DNA of 32,000 nt from Edaphobacter aggregans (GTDB lineage: Bacteria; Acidobacteriota; Terriglobia; Terriglobales; Acidobacteriaceae). The notes under the pieces are model-generated. The model was not told the DNA's origin. It ran no database searches and saw only the letters and a program-made list of their open reading frames with translations. Shown piece after piece: positions 16,770-24,290 of this stretch (position 1 is the first letter of the stretch; each line of letters begins with the position of its first letter). The position numbers and the translations under genes were made by a program. The stretch covers positions 5,400,001 through 5,432,000 of the forward strand of contig NZ_RSDW01000001.1 of NCBI RefSeq assembly GCF_003945235.1, given 5' to 3'.

Positions 16770-18275
16770 ATGAAAGATCCAGACTCGAATGGCAGCCGCC
16801 TGACCAATCTCGCGAGACGCTGGCGCAAGCGACTCACCCAGGCGCAACCGGAAGCAGATTCTCAAGAGACGTTCTTCTCGCCACCACCACGGGCCGAGGG
16901 GACTAGCGTCGTGGTAAGAGCAATCGTACCGATGCCAGCTGTACCTACCCCGATAGAAGAATCCTCAACCGACCCTGAGCTTACGACGGACCAGGCAGAG
17001 GCGCTCCGTAAGATTGAAGCCGCCTACGAGCCAGGCGAGTTCTACCTACTTACGGGGCACGCTGGCTCAGGCAAGACGTATCTCATGCAGCGGCTAACGA
17101 AGAACATGCTGGCAAAGAAGCGCCGGATCGTTCTCACTGCACCCACGCACAAGGCGGTCGCGGTCCTCGCGCGCAAACTGGCCGAGGCCAACATCAAGGA
17201 CGTACCATGCCGCACGATCCATAGCATCCTCAGCCTAACGCCGAAACCTCGGACGGATCGGCTCGTTTTCGAAAGAGAGCGCGACGCAGAACCCGTCACG
17301 GCCGATGTCGTAGTTGTCGACGAATGCAGTATGGTTTCGGAGGATTTATACCGCCATATAAAGCGGCACCTGCCCAATGCCTTCGTCCTATTTCTTGGGG
17401 ATCCCGCTCAGCTGCCTCCAGTAGGAGAAGTAGAAAGCCAGACGTTCGCAACAAAGAATCGGTCGCACCTCACGACGATTGTGCGGCAAGCGGCTGGGAA
17501 CCCGATCCTGGCTGCCGCAGGCATCATCCGCGCCAGTCAGGGAGGACCGGCGGATATGTCGTGGTGTGCGGCGGCTGCGCTTGAAACCAAGCAGGGCATT
17601 TTCCTGCCAGCCGATGCAGCGCACCGGTGGATGAAGAAGGCCTTCACGTCGCCGGAGTTCGACGCCGACCCGGATAGCTTCCGCTACCTCGCATGGACAA
17701 ATTCGCGTGTTCATCAGGTGAACGAGTTAATCCGGGCTTGGCGGTACGGCGCAAATATTCCGACGCCGTTCATGCCTGGCGAAAGTGCGCTGTTCCGCGC
17801 TCCCGTTGTAATCGACGAGTCCATCATCTTCGCCAACAATCAGGAAGCCAGAGTTATAGCGATTGAACGATCGACGTTCACTCACGAGATTCAGGAGGCT
17901 GATGGCGTTCCTCAATGGACAGCCTCGATCCCATCCTGGAAGATCACACTTCGCGATGTCGAAGGCATCGACAAAGCGGTTCATATGCACGCTGATGAGC
18001 GCGAGTTTCAGAGGGTAATTGAGCGGATAAAGGATGAAGCGGCTGAGTCACGTCTACGATGGAAGCACCTTCATGGGTTCCAGCAGAGTCTGGCACAGCT
18101 GCAATCTGTCTATTGTCTGACGGTTCATCGGAGTCAGGGCTCAACATTCCAGACTGCGTTTCTCGACCTACCTGACATACGCCGGCGCGAAAAAACCAAC
18201 CTATTGGAAGCGCAACAAATGCTATATGTGGCTGTGACCCGGCCCTCGCAGCGCCTGATAGTGGTTGGGGAGTGA
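16770..18275 (+). CDS. SF1B RecD/Dda/Pif1-like DNA helicase (AAA_30 plus UvrD_C-type)
   Basis: Motifs: Walker A TGHAGSGKTY, TAPTHKAV, Walker B VVVDECSMV, LFLGDPAQLPPV, TIVRQ, LTVHRSQGSTF, LYVAVTRPSQRLIVVG. I prefer the ATG at 16770 (MKDPDSNG...) to the listed TTG at 16746. The N-terminal 90 aa or so are low-complexity. Confidence 0.85.
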   Translation: MKDPDSNGSRLTNLARRWRKRLTQAQPEADSQETFFSPPPRAEGTSVVVRAIVPMPAVPTPIEESSTDPELTTDQAEALRKIEAAYEPGEFYLLTGHAGSGKTYLMQRLTKNMLAKKRRIVLTAPTHKAVAVLARKLAEANIKDVPCRTIHSILSLTPKPRTDRLVFERERDAEPVTADVVVVDECSMVSEDLYRHIKRHLPNAFVLFLGDPAQLPPVGEVESQTFATKNRSHLTTIVRQAAGNPILAAAGIIRASQGGPADMSWCAAAALETKQGIFLPADAAHRWMKKAFTSPEFDADPDSFRYLAWTNSRVHQVNELIRAWRYGANIPTPFMPGESALFRAPVVIDESIIFANNQEARVIAIERSTFTHEIQEADGVPQWTASIPSWKITLRDVEGIDKAVHMHADEREFQRVIERIKDEAAESRLRWKHLHGFQQSLAQLQSVYCLTVHRSQGSTFQTAFLDLPDIRRREKTNLLEAQQMLYVAVTRPSQRLIVVGE

Positions 18276-18307
18276 CACCTCTCCAATACTTCCACCCACC
18301 TGCTTTC

Positions 18308-19813
18308 CTACATGTAATACCTGAATGATGACAGCGGAGTGGTCGAATCATCCTCTCCATACTCAGCCATGATGCCCCCAATCTTCCTTGAAAAGGCGAG
18401 CGTCACCGGTTGTCCTCCTGACATACTGGCGGTATTCCAGTTCATTCGCGCCAATCCGAGAATGTCTTTCGCTACCTGTTCGAGGTCAATTATCCGGTCG
18501 CTTCGTAACTCCACGGGCGCAGGTATATGTGGGCCAGGATAGGTGCCGATTGACGGCATATATCCCGTTGTAAAGAGGAAGGATTTCGATCCGTTCACCA
18601 GACAAAGAGTCCCGCGGTTTGGGGGGTATGAACCAAATCGCAGCAGCCGAAATTGCGTTGGCATGATGTTTATGAGCTCCACAACAGGAACCGAAGTTAG
18701 TGCATGACGAAAGCCTTCACTCTCGGCTTCACTAAAGGCCGACGTCTTGTGAAAAACCATTCGTACAGGATCACCACCCGTTCGATCACGATATTCCTCC
18801 AAGACGTTTGTAGCCAAAGCAGCCGCTTGGATGTCAGTCAAATGTACGTTACGCCCTTGGTCTTCGCTCCAGTCTACGTTTCCTCCACGCAGTGCGAACC
18901 CTTCCCCTTTGCTCGAAAAGGCCTGCGCGATGCTCGATTGAACGAGATGTCGTTGAGTTGTACGTAAGTGATGAAAACTAACTCCTACGAAACATGTCTC
19001 TGGGCCATCGAGATTGAGACGCCACGGGATGCCGCCAGCCTTGTAATAAAGGGCTACAGTGCTGTTCCATGCTCTGATATTAGGCGCCTGGTTAGATTCC
19101 TGGTCCTCTACCATGTGTCGCGTAGCGATCTGAACTGGCATTCGAAACCGCATTGCGCGAGCTTTGAGAGCCCTTCTGAAGTCGCGCTGAAGAAGATCCT
19201 CAGGCTGCTCCTCAACAGGCTGGCTATCAAAAGAGAGGGATAGTTGGGGATCACTCTGCTTCTTCTTGAGAGCAGCTACCGCTGCCTTGTCTTCCTTGGT
19301 CAGAGTCTCATTCAGCGACCAGCAACGAGCGATCAACTCGTCTGGCAGACAACACAAAACTACGTCCGGCTTCTTTGTCTCCAGAGAAGAAAGTTGTCGG
19401 ACCCCTTCTGCATACAGCTCCAAAACCGCTTCGAATCGGGTCTTCGGATCACTCAGGTTGAGACAGTTCGCAAGTTCGCCCGATTCACCACCCAGACTTT
19501 TGACGAATCTCGTATTCTGTATCAGCTTGGCGCGGAAGATGTCTTGGAATCCCGGGAAGGCTGGGTATTGAGTCATGTCAGATGAGGCTTCGGGTAGGAT
19601 TTGTTGGCAACGTTCAAGCCATCTCTGAGTGGCATCAATCATCATGTCCGGGCCTACTAGTCCAACTGTGATGGTTTCATTTCGCCCGGCACCGAAGCGC
19701 AGGTCGAACGGGCCGGCCTCCCGAAGGCCCTGTCGCATATCAGAAAATTCGCCGGGGCCGCCAAATTCAAGAAGCGGCTCCGGTAACTGACGAAGATCAA
19801 TTCGAATCGGCAT
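18308..19813 (-). CDS. Short prokaryotic Argonaute (MID plus PIWI only), predicted catalytically inactive
   Basis: End-to-end pattern match to short pAgos as I recall them (e.g. the SPARTA Ago): N-terminus LPEPLLEFGG...GLREAGPFDL, ALKARAMRFRMPVQIA (MID), ALYYKAGGIPWRL, and C-terminus GQPVTLAFSRKIGGIMAEY...SSFRYYM. The PIWI catalytic positions read GVSFHH and FHKTS instead of G.DV.H and HRDG. The ATG at 19813 (MPIRIDL) overlaps the upstream gene's stop by 17 nt; the listed 19834 is a TTG. Confidence 0.9.
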   Translation of the reverse strand: MPIRIDLRQLPEPLLEFGGPGEFSDMRQGLREAGPFDLRFGAGRNETITVGLVGPDMMIDATQRWLERCQQILPEASSDMTQYPAFPGFQDIFRAKLIQNTRFVKSLGGESGELANCLNLSDPKTRFEAVLELYAEGVRQLSSLETKKPDVVLCCLPDELIARCWSLNETLTKEDKAAVAALKKKQSDPQLSLSFDSQPVEEQPEDLLQRDFRRALKARAMRFRMPVQIATRHMVEDQESNQAPNIRAWNSTVALYYKAGGIPWRLNLDGPETCFVGVSFHHLRTTQRHLVQSSIAQAFSSKGEGFALRGGNVDWSEDQGRNVHLTDIQAAALATNVLEEYRDRTGGDPVRMVFHKTSAFSEAESEGFRHALTSVPVVELINIMPTQFRLLRFGSYPPNRGTLCLVNGSKSFLFTTGYMPSIGTYPGPHIPAPVELRSDRIIDLEQVAKDILGLARMNWNTASMSGGQPVTLAFSRKIGGIMAEYGEDDSTTPLSSFRYYM

Positions 19814-22574
19814 TATCTTCCTCTTCCGCTTCAATTCGATAGGTCTCTGCGAGTTCGGCTATTTCATTGACGAGTTCTTCGTCGATGTCGACTTCGCTCA
19901 CATCCGTATCCTGTTCTTCGATTAGGCTGGAATCCGTTAGAACTACAGTCGGGAACTTCGCAGCAAGCGTTATCCGAGAATCAGACTGTCCTAACGACTT
20001 CGAAATTGCCCGAGTTTCGCCTGGTAGAAGATCAGAAACTCGAGGCTCTGGAGCAAAATTAAACATTCCTGTCTCTCCGCGCGCTAGAACCCAGAGCCAA
20101 AATGAGATGTCATTGAACACCGCATTGTTGTAATCCCGCGAAGCCCGTTGGGTTGAAAGTTTGTTGACTCTTTCAGACGCAAGCAATCCCTTCAATCCAT
20201 TAAAGGTGAACACATAGCCAGGCTCGATGATCAGAACCCACACGTCGCCGTAATATTCAAACCTATAGCTGAAGGACTGATGCTCCCAGTAGAGCACTTT
20301 GTCTGTTCGATTTGAGGTTCTGGCCTTAACAACTGTTCGAGTCGCCTTTCGCAATCGAGCTTGATAAGTAATTACACGAGGGCCGTCATCTTCTTTCGGG
20401 AAGTAGGCTCGCTTGCGTTTCTTATCCACTAATAATCCGGCCCGATAAAGATGCCCTTCGAGGCTCATGTTCAGAAGCTGAACCAATTGACGCGAACCAT
20501 CTAAATGCCCAGAAAGCTCATTTAGTGATAAGGTTTCTGTGTCTCCGCCGTCGAGCAATCGAGACAACGGGTTTCTTCGATCTTCGAGATCGTAGAAGCT
20601 GAAGAACCTCCCATCTGAAAGGAGAAAAGGTGGGATCCATTGCTCGCCCGCCTCCTGCCAGACCTCGGAAAGACTGCGAACAGAAGTCCCGGCATGATAG
20701 ACCTGACTCGGCAACTTCGTAACTTCCAGTACGTTGGCAGCATAGCGACTTGTAGTCGCTACGAGCGGAGAAGCTGTGCCTGTTGACTCGTCTACTGCCT
20801 CGGGTCTGGAGAAGATTTCGATCTCAAATGCTGTGTTATCGTTGTTTGGACCAAATCGAACATCTCCACCATTGTTTCTGACGTCTCGTAGAACATCGGA
20901 AAGTCCAGAACCTCTCTTATCCATCTCGCCACTGCCGTAGAACAGATCAGCGAGCACGGGGTTGCGGTAGCCCTTGATCCCGCGGCGGCCACGACGAATT
21001 TCAGTTTCAATTGATCCGGTCTCAAACCTATGTCGAACTTCCTCGACCAAGCCTCCTGGATTGGAGATCTTGATACTGGACGACGTAACGACGATCTCAA
21101 TATTTCCGGCCATGCGATAGTCGCGATGTACGAGTGCATTGACGATAACCTCCTTCAATGCGAGAGGCGGGTAAGGGACTACGCTTTCGGATACTTCCCC
21201 TTTGAGCCTGAAGGACCGATTAAAGCTGCTTAGGAATTGGGTGATCTGCTCGAACTGTTCCCACAAGTGGCCAGAGATGGTTCCCTCAAAACTCTCCTTA
21301 TCCGACAGGTGGGATTTGTCGTCGGCTGACTGACGAATGCGCTTCAACCATTCAGGACTACCAATGGCCTCAATGCGGGTTATAGCGGAAGTGATATGAC
21401 TGTCGGGCTTTCTTCCAAACAACAAAACACCGGCATTGGTCAGCTGCTCCACGGTCGGGCTATTTGCGCGGACAGCCAAGTTCAAGTTGAATAGCTGCTC
21501 CGTTACCCATGCCCGCTCAACCTGAGGCGGAACGCTCAGTTTGAGCGCCTCTGCGTATTGAAGAATACGGGTATGAAGGGTAGACCAGTCCAGTTCGCTC
21601 AGTTCTACCGACGAAACGTCCATGTCGAACGTCGGCGATTGATGGTGTGCACTTGCAGGTCCTGGAGATGAAAATGACAGGTCGGCATCCAGATTGAGTG
21701 CCCACAGGTCGCGCGCAAATAACTCGTCAAATCCGTCGATCTCGATCGTGCTGAAGTTGTCTCCGATTGTCTTTGCAAGCTCATCCACCAACGGAGGAAG
21801 TTCCTGGCTTGACTCGCCAGTGCGCCGGCACCAGAAAATCCCGTGACGATAGAAGTGAGCGCTCTCCGCATTATCGATGAGCAAATGACGCATTACGGAC
21901 GGTTCGGCACCGCGGTAGCCGACCACGATAAGCGGTCGGTCCCGCAATAATGGAAGAAGCATCTCGATCAACCTTGGATCGAGTTTTTGAACCTCGTCAA
22001 TGATGTTCTTGTCTGTGTAGTGATCCACTGAGCCGTGGAGATATACCAGCTGCGGATATTGAGGATCGGTTGTGAATTTCGTGTAATCCGAAGCCGTCTG
22101 GATTGCATTGATGTAGTGAGGACGGCCTTTCTGAGCTCGTGTATCGAGCAGCAGGGAGTCAAAGTTCGTCGTGAGCACCGTGTGAACAAGCTGGAGATGT
22201 AAGAACTCTGCAAGTTTGTCATATCCCGGACTGGGTTCAATCCCGGGCGAGAGAAGCTTGCGAAAGAACTCTGCTCGCGCGTGGCGCGGTTGCAAAAGGT
22301 GTTGAACAACTGAGGGGTAGTTGTCTACGAGCGCCGCGTTCTGATCGAACCACGATTGCTGCTCCACCCAGGGCAGCCAGTCACTTCTCTGGAGTCTCGG
22401 ATCTTCTTCCGATCTTCCGTGCTGATTAGCATAAGCCCAACGAGCGGCCCTTTCGACCACTCCTGCGGCCGCAGGAATGCCAGAACGAACGGAAGCACCT
22501 GCTCCGAGGAGTAGCACTGGCTTGGGTCGCGATTTAAGTAAGGAATAAATTCTACCGATGCTTCCGACCTGCAT
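19797..22574 (-). CDS. SIR2 / AlbA_2-HATPase_c_4 ('RecG-like', Schlafen-related) / APAZ three-module partner of the short pAgo (925 aa)
   Basis: SIR2_2-type motifs: LLLGAGASVRSGIP, TTNFDSLL, YLHGSV, IVVGYRGAEPSV. Middle module: GVLLFGRKP..., PPLALKEVIVNALVHRDYRMAGNIEIVVTSSSIKISNPGGL, YRNPVLADLFYGSGEMDKRGSGLSDV. The C-terminal 310 aa or so parallel the APAZ of TIR-APAZ as I recall it (LEVTKLPSQVYHA, PPFLLSDGRFFSFYDL, WVLIIEPGYVFTFNG, acidic tail). The gene overlaps the pAgo gene. Confidence 0.85.
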   Translation of the reverse strand: MQVGSIGRIYSLLKSRPKPVLLLGAGASVRSGIPAAAGVVERAARWAYANQHGRSEEDPRLQRSDWLPWVEQQSWFDQNAALVDNYPSVVQHLLQPRHARAEFFRKLLSPGIEPSPGYDKLAEFLHLQLVHTVLTTNFDSLLLDTRAQKGRPHYINAIQTASDYTKFTTDPQYPQLVYLHGSVDHYTDKNIIDEVQKLDPRLIEMLLPLLRDRPLIVVGYRGAEPSVMRHLLIDNAESAHFYRHGIFWCRRTGESSQELPPLVDELAKTIGDNFSTIEIDGFDELFARDLWALNLDADLSFSSPGPASAHHQSPTFDMDVSSVELSELDWSTLHTRILQYAEALKLSVPPQVERAWVTEQLFNLNLAVRANSPTVEQLTNAGVLLFGRKPDSHITSAITRIEAIGSPEWLKRIRQSADDKSHLSDKESFEGTISGHLWEQFEQITQFLSSFNRSFRLKGEVSESVVPYPPLALKEVIVNALVHRDYRMAGNIEIVVTSSSIKISNPGGLVEEVRHRFETGSIETEIRRGRRGIKGYRNPVLADLFYGSGEMDKRGSGLSDVLRDVRNNGGDVRFGPNNDNTAFEIEIFSRPEAVDESTGTASPLVATTSRYAANVLEVTKLPSQVYHAGTSVRSLSEVWQEAGEQWIPPFLLSDGRFFSFYDLEDRRNPLSRLLDGGDTETLSLNELSGHLDGSRQLVQLLNMSLEGHLYRAGLLVDKKRKRAYFPKEDDGPRVITYQARLRKATRTVVKARTSNRTDKVLYWEHQSFSYRFEYYGDVWVLIIEPGYVFTFNGLKGLLASERVNKLSTQRASRDYNNAVFNDISFWLWVLARGETGMFNFAPEPRVSDLLPGETRAISKSLGQSDSRITLAAKFPTVVLTDSSLIEEQDTDVSEVDIDEELVNEIAELAETYRIEAEEEDNADSN

Positions 22575-22677
22575 TGCTTGCTCCAGGGGAATGCCCAGCT
22601 CTAAATCCTGATGTCTACAAGATCCAGTGTATCGGCCCCAAGTGCAAAGTTGCTTAGAATGTGAAGTTTGTCCCGGA

Positions 22678-22707
22678 TTTATAAGTGGGAAACGTCTTTC
22701 TCGTCAA
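22678..22707 (-). promoter_or_regulatory. Candidate sigma-70-type promoter for the SIR2-APAZ/pAgo operon
   Basis: The minus strand reads TTGACG (complement of 22702-22707), an 18-nt spacer, then TATAAA (complement of 22678-22683). This is about 100 nt upstream of the ATG at 22574. The match is by consensus only. Confidence 0.25.
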
Positions 22708-22760
22708 TCACTAGTGGTTTGTCATCAACTCGGAAGTCGGAACGGTTCTCCGCGTTGTCC

Positions 22761-23873
22761 TTAGCCTTCGAACAGGGGTGATTGTGATCCTTCTTGGTCT
22801 CTAAAATTACTCAAACCGACCCCGACTAAACGAAAGCGCCGTGCTGCCCCGACATCGACACGCTCTCGCAATGAAAGTGCGATCTCAGCCAGTTCCTCGC
22901 ACGATAGGGGAGGAACGATAGGTGTGTGGCTACGGGTAAGGATGTTGAATTCGCTTGTCTTCAGTTTGAGAACTACGGTCCGCGCCACGCGCGACTCCTT
23001 GCGGGACGCAGACCAGACCTTTTCTGCGAGTCGCCGGATGAGGTCTTCCATCTCCGATAACGGAATGTCCCGCTCGAAAGTATCTTCTGCGGAGATCGAC
23101 TTAGTTGGCCTGTCGGGAATGACTCTGTTGTGATCGATGCCGCGGGCGAGTTCATAGAGGCGCAATCCATAGCGGCCAAACCGTGTTTCGAGGGCGGCCA
23201 GATCGAAGGCATGCAGGTCGCCTACTGTCTGAATGCCGATCTGCTTTAGCCGAGTTTCGGTTACTCTTCCGACTCCGGGAATGCGTCCGACAGGGAGTGG
23301 GGGAAGGAACGTATCCAGGTCCGCCGGCTGAATGACGAAAAGACCATCGGGCTTCCGCCAGTCGGAGGCGATCTTTGCGAGGAATTTATTCGGCGCGACG
23401 CCCGCTGACGCGGTCAACTGAAGCTCTTCGCGGATTTGTTGGCGGATGGTTTTGGCAACTCTGGTTGCCGTAGGTAAGTGCGTTTTATTCTTTGTGACGT
23501 CTAGATACGCCTCGTCGAGCGAAAGAGGTTCGACGAGGTCGGTGTGGCGCTGAAAAATATCTCGTACTGCGCGTGACACAGCCTTGTAACGCGTGAAATC
23601 GGGAGGAAGGAAGATCGCTTCGGGACACAAGCGTTCGGCAGTAACCGCCGGCATTGCGGAACGTACACCGAAGCGTCTCGCCTCATAAGACGCGGCGCAT
23701 ACAACAGACCGTTTTCCGCGCCACGCCACGACAACTGGTCTGCCGCGCAGCGTCGGGTCATCTCGCTGTTCAACCGAGGCGTAGAACGCGTCCATATCGA
23801 TATGAACGATCTTGCGAAACGTCACCTCGCCAGAGCTATCGGCTTTGGGACCAGGAGATCTGTCATCGTTCAT
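22761..23873 (-). CDS. dinB: DNA polymerase IV (Y-family translesion polymerase)
   Basis: Motifs: IVHIDMDAFYASVEQRDDPTLRGRPVVV, SLDEAYLDVT, ASAGVAPNKFLAKIASD, and an HhH segment IPGVGRVTETRL. I prefer the ATG at 23873 (MNDDRSPG..., 370 aa) to the listed GTG at 23957, whose extra 28 aa are hydrophobic and atypical. Confidence 0.9.
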   Translation of the reverse strand: MNDDRSPGPKADSSGEVTFRKIVHIDMDAFYASVEQRDDPTLRGRPVVVAWRGKRSVVCAASYEARRFGVRSAMPAVTAERLCPEAIFLPPDFTRYKAVSRAVRDIFQRHTDLVEPLSLDEAYLDVTKNKTHLPTATRVAKTIRQQIREELQLTASAGVAPNKFLAKIASDWRKPDGLFVIQPADLDTFLPPLPVGRIPGVGRVTETRLKQIGIQTVGDLHAFDLAALETRFGRYGLRLYELARGIDHNRVIPDRPTKSISAEDTFERDIPLSEMEDLIRRLAEKVWSASRKESRVARTVVLKLKTSEFNILTRSHTPIVPPLSCEELAEIALSLRERVDVGAARRFRLVGVGLSNFRDQEGSQSPLFEG

Positions 23874-24030
23874 GCGCTTGATTGTAAGCGAAGAGGCGGC
23901 GAAAACTGCAACAGGATCGGACACATAAAATGCACTGGGTAGCAAAAACTTGATCACCCATGTGCGTGCGCCCGTCTCCCGTGCAAGGTGGCCTCGTTTG
24001 CCAAGAGCTGTACCCTGCCTTGGAAAGGTG

Positions 24031-24060
24031 AAAACGGGCTGATCTCACACAGATCAGCCC
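24031..24060 (-). terminator. Rho-independent terminator-like hairpin downstream of the SRAP gene and upstream of dinB
   Basis: Perfect 10-bp stem GGGCTGATCT (24036-24045), loop cacac, AGATCAGCCC (24051-24060). On the minus strand a GTTTT run (complement of 24031-24035) follows the stem. On the plus strand CTTTGG follows it. Confidence 0.5.
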
Positions 24061-24080
24061 TTTGGCCCCGCTCCTAAAAG

Positions 24081-24100
24081 TTTGTCGCATCTTTGTCGCA
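24081..24100. repeat. Tandem direct repeat TTTGTCGCA-tc-TTTGTCGCA (11-bp period) in the SRAP-dinB intergenic region
   Basis: Read directly: TTTGTCGCA at 24081-24089 and at 24092-24100. Function unknown. Confidence 0.3.
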
Positions 24101-24290
24101 AATAGCGCCGATTATGTCGGTATTGCGGCTCATCCGACTCGTAAGTGCTGTGCCGTCTATAATTTGCGGTTTGACTCATTTCATCGCATGGAAGAGGTCA
24201 TCTGTGAGATCTCGATTAGGTTGACGAGCTAATCTGCAAGCGTGGCGTCGCTATTCGATTTGCCTGAGCAATATTCATCACGTCAACCTA

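Noticed and set aside
6557-22760. Flanking direct repeats or att sites bounding the defence region (for example CTTCTTTCACGAGTCA near 6660 versus CGTCTTTCTCGTCA near 22697)
   Set aside because: The similarity is short and imperfect, within chance expectation. No integrase, transposase or tRNA is present to anchor an island boundary.
23863-24090. 75-aa minus-strand ORF in the SRAP-dinB gap, and the GTG-extended dinB start at 23957
   Set aside because: The ORF runs through the terminator-like hairpin and is Cys/Arg-rich with no motif. The dinB extension is hydrophobic and atypical for Pol IV.
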